Positions 1-13,800 of a stretch of 64,000 nucleotides of DNA are shown here, one piece after another (within the stretch, counting starts at the first letter, position 1; the number at the start of each line of letters is the position of its first letter). The notes under the pieces are model-generated. The model did not search any database and was not told the origin of the DNA. It saw nothing but the letters and a program-made list of their open reading frames with translations. The position numbers and the translations under genes are program-made. Source of the DNA: Macrostomum lignano (lineage: Eukaryota). Location of the stretch: assembly GCA_002269645.1 (NCBI GenBank), contig NIVC01001839.1:153595-217594 (forward strand), in the 5' to 3' direction.

Positions 1-735
1 TGAGGGAGGTGGGAGCTCTTGCTAAAGTACCTGAGGGAGGTGGAAGCTCTTGCTAAAGTACCTGAGGGAGGTGGGAGCTCTTGCTAAAGTACCTGAGGGA
101 GGTGGGAGCTCTTGCTAAAGTACCTGAGGGAGGTAGGAGCTCTTGCTAAAGTACCTGAGGGAGGTGGGAGCTCTTGCTAAAGTACCTAAGGGAGGTGGAA
201 GCTCTTGTTAAAGTACCTGAGGGAGGTGAGAGCTCTTGCTAAAGTACCTGAGGGAGGTGGGAGCTCTTGCTAAAGTACCTGAGGGAGGTAGGAGCTCTTG
301 CTAAAGTACCTGAGGGAGGTGGGAGCTCTTGCTAAAGTACCTGAGGGAGGTGGGAGCTCTTGCTAAAGTACCTGAGGGAGGTGGAAGCTCTTGCTAAAGT
401 ACCTGAGGGAGGTGGGAGCTCTTGCTAAAGTACCTGAGGGAGGTGGAAGCTCTTGCTAAAGTACCTGAGGGAGGTGGGAGCTCTTGCTAAAGTACCTGAG
501 GGAGGTGGGAGCTCTTGCTAAAGTACCTGAGGGAGGTGGGAGCTCTTGCTAAAGTACCTGAGGGAGGAGCTCTCACTGAAGTACCTAAGGGAGGTGGGAG
601 CTCTTGTTAAAGTACCTGAGGGAGGTGAGAGCTCTTACTAAAGTACCTGCGAAAGCGGGGAGCTCTTGCTAAAGTACCTGCGAAAGCGGGGAGCTCTTAC
701 TAAAGTACCTAAGGGAGGGTGTCAGCTCTTACTGA
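1..735. repeat. Minisatellite, 31-bp unit CTGAGGGAGGTGGGAGCTCTTGCTAAAGTAC
   Basis: Direct tandem copies in a POLE intron. Confidence 0.95.
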
Positions 736-794
736 AGTTAAGCCTCTACTCAGTTCCGTCTTCATCATTCATCGAAACTTCCTACCGATTTCAG

Positions 795-927
795 AGAACA
801 CGACGTACCCTATCACGTGCGAGTGTCGATAGATTTGAAAATCTTTGTCGGCAGTTGGTATCGAATCTGCTGCCGGGGCTCGTCCGTGCCAGAGATTACG
901 CCTAGGGAAGATCTAGTCGATAGGCCT
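795..927 (+). CDS. POLE: POLE exon ([19 protein letters not shown]...EDLVDRP)
   Basis: tttcag|A...CCT|gtgagt; matches the Pol epsilon N-terminal EYDVPYH motif. Confidence 0.93.
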
Positions 928-1418
928 GTGAGTATTGTTAGCAATTGCAGTAGTAGTGATACTATTAGCTACAGTAATAGTAGAGTTGTAGCCCAGTGTT
1001 CAGAGCGTCGGACTCACGACTGAAAAGTCGGGGGTTCGATTCTTGACCCACTCGGAAAAATTTGTGTCCTTGAGCAAGACACTTAGCTCTGCTTTGCTTC
1101 AGTTCACCCAGCTGTAAAATGAGTGCCAGCATTAGCTGGGGTAATTGAGGGTGTGTGGCGACCTCCCAGTCCTTGGACTGAACAGCCGAACAGCCCTTTA
1201 GGGCAGGTGTAATCAGTTCTTAAATTATGAATAGTAAAAGTAGTAGGGGCAGGGCAGGGCAGGGCACCCGGATACAGCGGGGAGGCGTCGCCGCCCATTC
1301 TGCTAGTTAAATAGTAGGAACAGTAGTTTTAGTAATATTCTAGTTGAAGTACGAGTATTAGTAATAGCAATAGTAATAATGATAATTTCTTATGATAATA
1401 ACAATTATTTGTTGTTGC

Positions 1419-1470
<52 letters not shown>

Positions 1471-1471
1471 T

Positions 1472-1504
<33 letters not shown>

Positions 1505-1505
1505 C

Positions 1506-1540
<35 letters not shown>

Positions 1541-1541
1541 C

Positions 1542-1575
<34 letters not shown>

Positions 1576-1588
1576 GTAGTAGTAGTAT

Positions 1589-1629
<41 letters not shown>

Positions 1630-1639
1630 GTAATAGTAA

Positions 1640-1674
<35 letters not shown>

Positions 1675-1684
1675 GTAGAAGTAA

Positions 1685-1728
<44 letters not shown>

Positions 1729-1738
1729 GTAGAAGTAA

Positions 1739-1782
<44 letters not shown>

Positions 1783-1792
1783 GTAGAAGTAA

Positions 1793-1832
<40 letters not shown>

Positions 1833-4800
1833 TAGTATTATTAGTATTCTTCGAATTTCAACTGTGGCTAATGCTGTTAGTTTATATTAACTTTGCCAAG
1901 TATTTCTTTGTGCATTATGACGAAATGTATGTGAATCAGCTAGAGAATCTAGCACTGCACCTTTCCATTCTCCTAAAATAGGATCCCGTGGTGCTAGCCT
2001 ACGACATTGAGACAACCAAACTGCCTCTGAAGTTCCCGGACGCCGCCTCCGACCAGATCATGATGATCTCCTACATGATCGACGGCGACGGCTTTCTAAT
2101 TTGCAATCGAGAAATCATCGCTGAAGATGTTGAAGATTTCGAGTTCACTCCCAGGCCGGAGTTTGAAGGCCTGTTCACGGTTTTTAATGAGCCGGATGAG
2201 GTGAGGCTTTTGGGTTTTTTTATTCTACTCTTGTAGGCTACTCGTGTCAGTGAGATGAAGCTAATAGAGGTAATAAATAACTTATTTATTCGCAGAAATC
2301 CACTATCGAACGCTTCTTCAATCACGTGGTAGAGCGCCAGCCGACAATTTTTGTCACCTACAATGGCGACTTTTTCGATTGGCCATTCGTTGAAGCCCGA
2401 GCCTCGGTGCACGGCATCAACATGCAGGACAGAATCGGGTTCGCTCGCGACAATCAGAATGAATATAAGAGTAGGCCGGCCATTCATATGGACTGCTTGA
2501 AGTGGGTGAAGCGGGACAGCTATCTGCCTGTTGGCAGTCAGGGATTGAAGGCTGTGGCTAAGGCTAAGCTAAGGTTTGTTCATTGCTCTCGTTTTTATTA
2601 GGAATCTGTTTTGAAGATTCGGATTAGGAAGGCTTTTGCAGATTGAGATTAGGAAGGCTTTTAGAGATTGGAATTAGAAAGGCTTTTTGAGATTGGGATT
2701 AGGAAGGCTTTTGGAGATCGGGATTAGGAAGGCTTTAGAGATTAAGATTAGGAAGGCTTTTAGAGATTTGGATTAGGAAGGCTTTTAGAGATTTGGATTA
2801 GGAAGGCTTTTAGAGATTCGGATTAGGAAGGCTTTAGAGATTAGGATTAGGAAGGCAGTTTGAGATTAGGATTAGGAAGGCTTTTAGAGATTGGGATTAG
2901 GAAGGCTTTTAGAGATTAGGATTAGGAAGGCTTTTAGAGATTAGGATTAGGAAGGCTTTTAGAGATTGGGATTAGGAAGGCTTTAGAGATTGGGATTAGG
3001 AAGGCTTTTAGAGATTTGGATTAGGAAGGCTTTTAGAGATTTGGATTAGGAAGGCTTTTTGAGATTGAGATTAGGAAGGCTTTTAGAGATTAGGATTAAG
3101 AAGGCAGTTTGAGATTTGGATTAGGAAGGCTTTTAGAGATTGGGATTAGGAAGTCTTCTAGAGATTAGGATTAGGAAGGCAGTTTGAGATTTGGATTAGG
3201 AAGGCTTTTAGAGATTTGGATTAGGAAGGCTTTTAGAGATTGGGATTAGAAAGGCTTTTAGAGATTGGGATTAGAAAGGCTTTTAGAGATTGGGATTAGG
3301 AAGGCTTTTAGAGATTGGGATTAGAAAGGCTTTTGCAGATTGAGATTAGGAAGGCTTTTAGGGATTTGGATAGGAAGGCTTTTAGAGTTTGGGATTAGGG
3401 AGGTTTTTGGAGATTATGATAATAAAGTGAATTGAGAGACTGGGATTAGGAAGATTTTGTGAAGAGGATCAGAAAACTGAGATTAAGAGACTGAGACTAG
3501 GATCGCTTTTAGGGATTAGGATAAAAATTATTTAAAACTGAGGATTCCTCAATTAAATAAAAGTAAGCAAAAACGCTGCGTCACATTTCCTCAACAGATA
3601 CAATCCCGTAGAAATCGACCCAGAAGACATGTGCCGCATGGCAGCCGAAGACCCTCGCCAGCTAGCCAATTACTCAGTGTCTGACGCTGTGGCAACGTAC
3701 TATTTGTACATGAAATACGTGCACCCGTTCATTTTCGCCCTGTGCACTATTATACCAATGGAACCTGACGAAGTGCTTAGAAAAGGTTCCGGTACGCTTT
3801 GCGAAGCTCTACTCATGGTCGAGGCGTATCACGCTAATATTGTTTATCCTAATAAGCAGGAGGCTCAGTTAAATAAGCTTACACCGGATGGTCACGTGCT
3901 AGATCAGGAGACTTACGTTGGCGGTCACGTGGAAGCATTGGAATCCGGCGTGTTTCGGGCTAATCTGCCCTGCAAATTCAAAATGGTGCCGGAAGCCTTT
4001 CAGGTGATTAATTTGCCATTTTGATGAAAAATTTCGATTCTGATTCGTTTTTTAGCTTAGATCGTTTATTCCTTGGTAGTTTGCCGCCTTTGTAGTTTTG
4101 ACGCCTTTGAAGTTTGCCGCCTTTGTAGTTTGCCGCCTTTGTAGTTTGCCGCCTTTGTAGTTTGCCGCCTTTGTAGTTTGCCGCCTTTGTAGTTTGCCGC
4201 CTTTGTAGTTTGCCGCCTTTGTAGTTTTGACGCCTTTGAAGTTTGCCGCCTTTGTAGTTTGCCGCCTTTGTAGTTTTCCGCCTTTGTAGTTTGCCGCCTT
4301 TGTAGTTTTGACGCCTTTGAAGTTTGCCGCCTTTGTAGTTTTGACGCCTTTGAAGTTTGCCGCCTTTGTAGTTTGCCGCCTTTGTAGTTTTCCGCCTTTG
4401 TAGTTTGCCGCCTTTGTAGTTTTGACGCCTTTGAAGTTTGCCGCCTTTGTAGTTTGCCGCCTTTGTAGTTTTCCACCTTTGTAGTTTGCCGCCTTTGAAG
4501 TTTGCCGCCTTTGGAGTTTTCCGCCTTTGTAGTTTGCCGCCTTTGTAGTTTGCCGCCTTTGTAGTTTTCCGCCTTTGATTGATTCCTTTGTAGTTTTCCG
4601 CCTTTTAGATTGATTCCTTTGTAGTTGACCGCCTTATAGATTGATTTCTTAGTGGTTTGCCGCCTTTGATTGATCAGCCTTTGTAGTTTACCGCCTCATA
4701 GATTGATTCCTTTGTAGTTTGTCGCCCTATAGATTAACTGGAAGGTTGTCGTGGGATTCACAGCCATGAGGGCCAACCCCAAGGCACAGACAGTGTACAT

Positions 4801-7800
4801 GCCTGACCATTAGATTACATGCCATTGACAAATCGCAGGACCTGATCCACTCAGTTGAAGACACTATGCGCCACGCGGTCGAAACCGAAGCCGGCGTACC
4901 GCTGTCCGACTGTTTGAACTTTGCCGACGTTTGCTCGGACATCAAAGCTAAACTAGCCGACCTGCGCGATAATCCAATTCGTGTTGAAAAGCCAATTATC
5001 TATCATCTAGACGTTGGCGCAATGTATCCTAATATTATCCTCACTAACCGGCTGCAGCCTAGCGCTATAGTGAACTCTACCGTGTGCGCAGCCTGCGATT
5101 TCAATCGGCCAGGAGAACGCTGCCAGCGCACTATGATCTGGAGTTGGCGCGGCGAAATTATGCCAGCCAATCGTAGCGAATATCATCGGATTCAAGCCCA
5201 ATTAGAGCAGGAGAGATTTCCTCCCGCTGCTGCTCCTAGTGGCAGTTTTGCAAACGACAAATTCAAAGGCCGATTCCAACAGTTGAACAAGCATCAGTCG
5301 GATCAGCAAAAGCAGCAGCAGCAATCTTCTGGTCCGGGCGCTACTCGGGCATTCTATCAGCTGTCTAAAGAAGAGAAAGCCGCTGTGGAAAAGAAACGAT
5401 TGACTGATTTTTGTCGTCGGGCATATAAGAAAGTTCACGTGACTAGGTTAGTTAGCTGGTGTTCCTGTGTTTTATTCATTATTATTTTAGGCAAGAGGTC
5501 AAGGTTCGATTCAGATTGGGTGTCACTCTCACCTTCAGGTTAGGTGTCACTCTCACCTTCAGATTGGGTGTCACTCTCACCTTCAGATTGGGTGTCACTC
5601 TCACCTTCAGATTGGGTGTCACTCTCACCTTCAGATTGGGTGTCACTCTCACCTTCAGATTGGGTGTCACTCTCACCTTCAGATTGGGTGTCACTCTCAC
5701 CTTCAGATTGGGTGTCACTCTCACCTTCAGATTGGGTGTCACTCTCACCTTCAGATTGGGTGTCACTCTCACCTTCAGATTGGGTGTCACTCTCACCTTC
5801 AGATTGGGTGTCACCCCCACCTTCAGATTGGGTGTCACTCTCACCTTCAGGTTAGGTGTCACTCTCACCTTCAGATTGGGTGTCACTCTCACCTTCAGGT
5901 TAGGTGTCACTCTCACCTTCAGGTTAGGTGTCACTCTCACCTTCAGATTGGGTGTCACTCTCACCTTCAGGTTAGGTGTCACTCTCACCTTCAGATTGGG
6001 TGTCACTCTCACCTTCAGGTTAGGTGTCACTCTCACCTTCAGATTGGGTGTCACTCTTACCTACAGTTTAGGTGTCACTCTCACCTTCATCAGATTGGGT
6101 GTCACTCATCTTCATACCAAGTGACGATGACTAGTTCGATCATTGTAAAAAGTTGCACAACTGCTCAAGTCACTTGACATTCACAACGAATTGCTCAAAA
6201 TCGCAGACTCGAGCAGCGCACGGCCACCATTTGCCAGCGCGAGAACTCGTTTTACGTCGACACGGTTCGCGCATTCCGTGATCGCCGCTACAAATTCAAA
6301 GATCTGTGCAAGGTGTGGAAGAACAATTTAGATAAAGCGGTTGCTAAGGGCGACGCCGGCGAGGTGAAACGCTGCAACGGTATGCTAGTGCTGTACGACT
6401 CGCTGCAACTGGCTCACAAGTGCATTCTGAATTCTTTCTATGGCTACGTGATGCGTAAGGGCGCCCGCTGGTACAGCATGGAAATGGCCGGCATAGTGTG
6501 CCACACTGGAGCTAATATTATTACTAAGGTTTGCGGATTTTTATTATTAAGTCACTTCTGAGGGCTCACTAAATAAGATTCCTAATTCCCTACATCAGTA
6601 AAACTGAGTCCAAATCCAAGAATCGAACACCCCCCCCCCCAATCCAATAATCCTAATTCCCCAATCTAAGAATCCCAAATCCCCATCCAAGAATCCCAAT
6701 TCCCCCAATCCAATAATCCTAATTCCCCAATCTAAGAATCCCAAATTCCCATCCAAGAATCCCAATTCCCCCCATCCAAGAATCCCAATTCCCCCAATCC
6801 AATAATCTTAATTCCCCCAATCCAATAATCCTAATTCCCCAATCCAATAATCCCAATTCCCCAATCCAAGAATCCCAATTCCCCGATCCAATAATCCCAA
6901 TTCCCCAATCCAAAAATCCCAATTCCCCAATCCAATAATCCCAATTCCCCAATTCAAAAACCCCAATTCCCCAATCCAAGAATCCCAATTCCCCAATCCA
7001 AGAATCTTAATTCCCCAATCCAATAATCCTAATTCCCCAATCTAAGAATCCCAATTCCCCCAATCCAATAATCCTAATTCCCCAATCTAAGAATCCCAAT
7101 TCCCCAATCCAAGAATCCCAATTCCCCAATCCAAGAATCTTAATTCCCCAATCCAAGAATCCCAATTCCCCAATCCAAGAATCTTAATTCCCCAATCCAA
7201 GAATCCCAATTCCCCAATTCAAGAATCCCAATTCTCCAATTCAAGAATCTTAATTCCCCAATCCAAGAATCCCAATTCCCCAATTCAAGAATCCCAATTC
7301 TCCAATTCAAGAATCTTAATTCCCCAATCCAAGAATCCCAATTCCCCAATTCAAGAATCTTAATTCCCCAATCCAAGAATCTTAATTCCCCAATCCAAGA
7401 ATCCCAATTCCCCAATTCAAGAATCCCAATTCTCCAATTCAAGAATCTTAATTCCCCAATCCAAGAATCCCAATTCCCCAATTCAAGAATCCCAATTCTC
7501 CAATTCAAGAATCTTAATTCCCCAATCCAAGAATCCCAATTCCCTAATCTAAGAGTCCCAATTCCCCAATTCAAAAACCCCAATTCCCCAATCCAAGAAT
7601 CCCAATTCCCCTATCCAAGAATCCCAATTCCCCAATCTAAGAGTCCCAATTCCCCAATTCAAAAACCCCAATTCCCCAATCCAAGAATCCCAATTCCCCT
7701 ATCCAAGAATCCCAATTCCCCAATCTAAGAGTCCCAATTCCCCAATCTAAGAGTCCCAATTCCCCAATCTAAGAGTCCCAATTCCCCAATTCAAAAACCC

Positions 7801-10800
7801 CAATTCCCCTATCCAAGAATCCCAATTTCCCAATCTAAGAGTCCCAATTCCCCAATTCAAAAACCCCAATTCCCCAATCCAAGAATCCCAATTCCCCTAT
7901 CCAAGAATCCCAATTCCCCAATCTAAGAGTCCCAATTCCCCAATTCAAAAACCCCAATTCCCCTATCCAAGAATCCCAATCCCCAGATTATAAATGCCCA
8001 ACCAATCTCCTCTATTCGCAGGCTCGCGAAATTGTGGAGCAGATCGGCCGGCCACTGGAGCTGGACACGGACGGCATCTGGTGCGTGCTGCCGGCCAGCT
8101 TCCCAGAGAATTTCACTGTCCGAACTAGCAATGCCAAGAAGCCAAAGTTGAACATCTCCTATCCGGGCGCAATGCTCAACGCTATGGTTCAGCAGCACTT
8201 CACTAACGATCAGTATCACGAATTAGTTGCTACGAACGGTTCGACGATCGAATATCGAGTTCGATCGGAGAATAGTATCTTCTTCGAGGTTGACGGGCCC
8301 TACCTAGCCATGGTGCTGCCGGCTTCCAAGGAGGAGGGCAAGAAGCTGAAGAAACGCTATGCAGTATTCAATTTCGACGGCTCCCTAGCCGAATTGAAAG
8401 GCTTCGAAGTGAAACGCAACGGCGAATTGCAGCTAATTAAGATCTTTCAATCGTCTGTATTCGAAGCCTTCCTGAAAGGCGACAGCTTGGCCGAGTGCTA
8501 CGCCGCCGTGGCCAAGGTGGCCGACTATTGGCTAGACGTGCTGTTCTCCAAAGCCGAGAGTATGCCAGACACCGAACTATTCGAGCTGATTGCCGAAAAT
8601 CGAAGCATGTCTAAACGATTGGAAGACTATGGGGGACAGAAGAGTACTAGTATTAGTACGGCTAAGAGATTAGCCGAGTTTCTCGGCGAGCAGATGGTCA
8701 AGGATGCCGGTCTGGCTTGCCGCTTTGTCATCTCCAAGCGGCCCGAAGGCGCTCCAGTCACCGAACGGGCCGTGCCGTTGGCGATTTTCCAGGTAGATAA
8801 TTTCTTTTCCTTTTGCCTTCTTACTTTTATTAGCAGTGTAGTTTGTAGTTCCACGCCTAGCTTTTATTGGAGACATTTCCCCATAGTCTTTGTTGTCCAT
8901 CGGACTCATTCCATATGAGTCTTTGTTCATCGGAGTCATTCCCCATGAGTCTTTGTTGTCCATGGGAGTCATTCGATAAGTCTTTGTTGTCCATCGGACT
9001 CATTCCATGAGTCTTTGTTCAACAGGCATTCCATATGAGTCTTTGTTCAACAGTCATTCCATATGAGTCTTTGTTCAACAGTCATTCCATATGAGTCTTT
9101 GTTCAACAGTCATTCTATATGAGTCTTTGTTCAACAGTCATTCCATATGAGTCTTTGTTCAACAGTCATTCCATATGAGTCTTTGTTCAACAGTCATTCC
9201 ATATGAGTCTTTGTTCATCAGTCATTCCATATGAGTCTTTGTTCAACAGTCATTCCATATGAGTCTTTGTTCAACGGAGTCATTCCATATGAGTCTTTGT
9301 TCAACAGTCATTCTATATGAGTCTTTGTTCATCAGAGTCATTCCCCATGAGTCTTTGTTGTCCATGGGAGTCATTCGATAAGTCTTTGTTGTCCATCGGA
9401 CTCATTCCATATGAGTCTTTGTTCAACAGTCATTCTATATGAGTCTTTGTTCAACGGAGTCATTGCCTATGAGTCTTTGTTCAACGGAGTCATTCCATGA
9501 GTTTGTTCAACGGAGTCATTCCCTGAGTCTTTGTTCAACGGAGTCATTCCCTATGAGTCTTTGTTCAACGGAGTCATTACATATGAGTCGTTGTCCATCG
9601 CAGTCATTCCATAGGTCTTTGTTGTCCATCGGAATCTTTCCATATGAGTCCTTGTTCTTCTGAGTCACTCCATATGAGTCCTTGTTCTTCTGAGTCACTC
9701 CATATGAGTCCTTGTTCTTCTGAGTCACTCCATATGAGTCTGTACTCTGACAAGTAATAAGCCATCCAAGTGAGTCATTAATCATTTGAGCAATTCCCCG
9801 TGTTCGTGAGTTATTGGTCAACTGAGCGATTCCATCCTCGAGTTTTTTTCGACAATCCACAAGTGATTGTCCTGAATTGAATTGTTCAAAATGTCGTAAC
9901 TACTCGTAATTTTATCAGTAGTGCAGCACAGACACGATCAATAATACAATTTACTATATTATAAATATTGAAACTTTGCCAGGCCGAGCCCTCCGTTAAG
10001 CGTCATTTCCTGCGCCGCTGGCTGAAATCGCCCGGCCTACAGGATCTGGACATTCGGTCCATTCTAGACTGGGACTATTATATCGAACGGTTGAGCAGCG
10101 CCGTGCAGAAGATCATCACCATTCCGGCCGCTCTGCAGCACGTAGCCAATCCCGTGCCCCGCGTGCCGCATCCCGATTGGCTAAGGAAGAAGCTATTAGA
10201 GAAGACCGACGTATTCAAGCAGCGTAGAATTTCCGATATGTTTAGCAAGGCCTCTGCTAAGCCTAGACTGACGCCAGATGTTGTCGACGTTGAAGACGCC
10301 GCTGGCCCGACTGGGTCGCGTAAACGGGTTCGAATTAATTCGACAAATGAGCAGGACGACGCTGAAGATTCAGTTTTGATGGAGGATCGGGACGGCGAGG
10401 ATGCTGAGGCGGCTGAAGCTGGGAGCCAGGTGAGTTTTGGATAGAGATTTTCGTATACCCTGAGATTGGGACTTGAGATTCTGATTGGGATTAAGGAGCA
10501 TAGGATTAGAATCAAGGATTTTATTATTGGGATTAGAGATTCTCATATTAGGATTAAAGATTCTCATATTGGGATTAGAGATTCTCAGATTAGGATTAGA
10601 GATTCTCAGATTAGGATTAGAGATTCTCATATTGGGATTAGAGATTCTCAGTCTCAGATTAGGATTAGAGATTCTCAGATTAGGATTAGAGATTCTCAGA
10701 TTAGGATTAGAGATTCTCAGATTAGGATTAAAGATTCTCATATTGGGATTAGAGATTCTCAGATTAGGATTAGAGATTCTCAGATTAGGATTAAAGATTC

Positions 10801-13800
10801 TCATATTGGGATTAGAGATTCTCAGTCTCAGATTAGGATTAGAGATTCTCAGATTAGGATTAAAGATTCTGATATTGGGATTAGAGATTCTCAGATTAGG
10901 ATTAGAGATTCTGATATTGGGATTAGAGATTCTCAGATTAGGATTAGAGATTCTCAGATTAGGATTAGAGATTCTCAGATTAGTATTAGAGATTCTGATA
11001 TTGGGATTAGAGATTCTCAGATTAGGATGAGAGATTCTAATATTGGGATTAGAGATTCTCAGATTAGGATTAGAGATTCTCAGATTAGGATTAAAGATTC
11101 TCATATTGGGATTAAAGATTCTCAGATTAGGATTAGAGATCCTCAGATTAGGATTAAAGATTCTCATATTATGATTAAAGATTCTCATATTGAGATTAGA
11201 GATTCTCAGATTAGGATTAGAAATTCTGATATTGGGATTACAGATTCTCAGATTAGGATGAAAGATTCTGATATTGGGATTAGAGATTCTCAGATTAGGA
11301 TTAGAGATTCTGATATTGGTATCAGAGATTCTCAAATAGGGGTTTAAGATTTTGAGATTAAGATTGGGGATTTGGACACTGGGATTTGAGATTCCGAAAT
11401 TAGGATAAGAGATCAGATGTTTCGGACGATCAGGGACTCTGAGATTAGTTTGAGGGGTTCTATCAAGCCTAGGATTAACCTTTAATTTAATGCCAAATTG
11501 TAGTTTATACAAGTAGAAATTTTCAAGAGTTTCAGGCTTCAAGTATTAAATGCGCCCGCACTTTTTCAAACCCTAACCAGGACGCAATCGGTGCCGCTAA
11601 TAAGCCACCTGTTGTCAATGCGTTGTCAAGGACGCCAGGACCTGCTGCAAGCTCGGCGGTGACAGACCTGGACAAGCCCTGGTTCGAAGCCCTTGGCGAG
11701 CCGCCCCGTCTGCGGCGTGACAGCAGCAAAGGCTTTGCTGATTGGCTTCGATTTCACAAGCGCAAATGGCGCCATCAGCGCGCTCAACAGCGCGCCTGCA
11801 ACGCCGGCGGTGGCGCCAGTAAACGAGCGCGCACAGCCGGGGATTCCGCCGATTCTACCGCCGGCGAGTCCTTATCGACTACGAATATTCTGGCGCCGTT
11901 GCCGCTGCAGTCTGTTGGAATTGGCGCCAGCAGCGGAGTCGGCGGTATGTCCGCTTTTATTCGAAGAAATCAACGAGCTCTGCTCGACCGGCCCTGGGAG
12001 ATTGTACAGCTGGCCGGGGAGACGGGCGAGCCGGGCCTGTTTCGAATGTGGATTGTTGTCGATCAAGAGTTAAGATGCGTCAAGGTGCAGGTGTGTTCAG
12101 AAAATTCACTAAAGCAGCAGATAGTAGAGAGCCTCATATATCGTGATGTGGGATGGTATAGAGCCTCATATAGTGACTTAAGTTAGGCAAAGCCTCATAT
12201 AGCGATTTGAGATATTAGAGAGCCTCATATAGTGATTTGAGATATTAGAAAGCCTCATATAGTGATTTGAGATATTAGAGAGCCACATATTGTGATTTGA
12301 GGTAGTAGAGAGCCACATTGTGATTTGAGGTAGTAGAGAGTCTCATATAGTGATTAGTAGATATAAGTAGAGAGCCTCATATAGTGATTTAAGTTAGGCA
12401 AAGCCTCATATAGTGATTTGATATAGTAGAAAGCCTCATATTGTGATTTGAGGTAGTAGAGAGTCTCATATAGTGATTTGATATAGTAGAAAGCCTCATA
12501 TTGTGATTTGAGGTAGTAGAGAGTCTCATATAGTGATTAGTAGATAGTAGAGAGCCTCATATAGTGATTTAAGTTAGGCAAAGCCTCATATAGTGATTTG
12601 ATATAGTAGAAAGCCTCATATTGTGATTTGAGGTAGTAGAGAGTCTCATATAGTGATTAGTAGATAGTAGAGAGCCTCATATAGTGATTTAAGTTAGGCA
12701 AAGCCTCATATAGTGATTTGATATAGTAGAAAGCCTCATATTGTGATTTGAGGTAGTAGAGAGTCTCATATAGTGATTTGAGATAGTAGTGAGTCTCATA
12801 GTGATTTGAGATAGTAGAGACTGAGAGCCTCATATAGTGATTTGAGATAGTAGAGACTGAGAGCCTCATATAGTGATTTGAGATAGTAGAGACTGAGAGC
12901 CTCATATAGTGATCTGAGATAGTAGAGACTGAGAGCCTCATATAGTGATTTGAGATAGTAGAGACTGAGAGCCTCATATAGTAATTTGATATAGTAGAGA
13001 CTGAGAGCCTCAGTGATTTGAGATAGTAGAGACTGAGAGCCTCATATAGTGATTTTAGGTAGTAGATAGCCTCATTGTAACCTGAGATAGTAGAGAGCCT
13101 CACGAAGTGGTTTGTCGTTGAAGAGCCTCGTATAAATAAAGTGTAGAGAACCTCATAAAGTGATTTTTACAGTACGTTAGAAAACCCGAAAAAGCGAACT
13201 GAATCGTCATACAGCCTATCAATTCCTGCATGTCTGTCAGGTGCCCCGCATATTCTACGTGAACCACCTGACCGCCAAGACCGACTGTCCAGCCGACACC
13301 GAGCGTCAGTATCGGCGTGTTAGCCGTACTTTGCCGCGCAATAGAGTTGCGCACCACCTGTACGAGTACAGAATGCCCGAGTCCGTCTATCGCAAAAATC
13401 AGGACTCAATCCGAGCTCAACTAATGACCAATGACGTCCTCGGCGTGTTCGAACTCAGCACCTCGCTTTGGTTTCGAGCAGTACTACGCCTTGGCTGTCT
13501 GTGCGTTGTCGACAGAGACTGGGCCCGCCGCCTGGTTGCCAGCGGCCGGGACACTGACACGTTTCCTCTAGACAGCCTTTGGCTTCGTTCGGCCTCTCAA
13601 AGTCCCTATCTGGCCAGTTCCAGAGGCTTGAAGCTGTCGCATTTCTATCATCATACTAGCGGCCGGTTGCAAATCTGGGCGATATTCACGCCTGGCAACC
13701 AGCCGCGGTGTCACGTGTTCATCATGGCTCAGTCTGGCGGCCGTCTGGCCTCCGATTGGCCCGGCTTGGCAACTGGCTACGCGGCTGAGTGGCGCCGGCG

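Noticed and set aside
1982-4003. Proofreading-deficient (mutator) POLE as an explanation for repeat expansion
   Set aside because: ExoI D-x-E, ExoII, ExoIII and the residues corresponding to human P286, V411 and L424 appear intact
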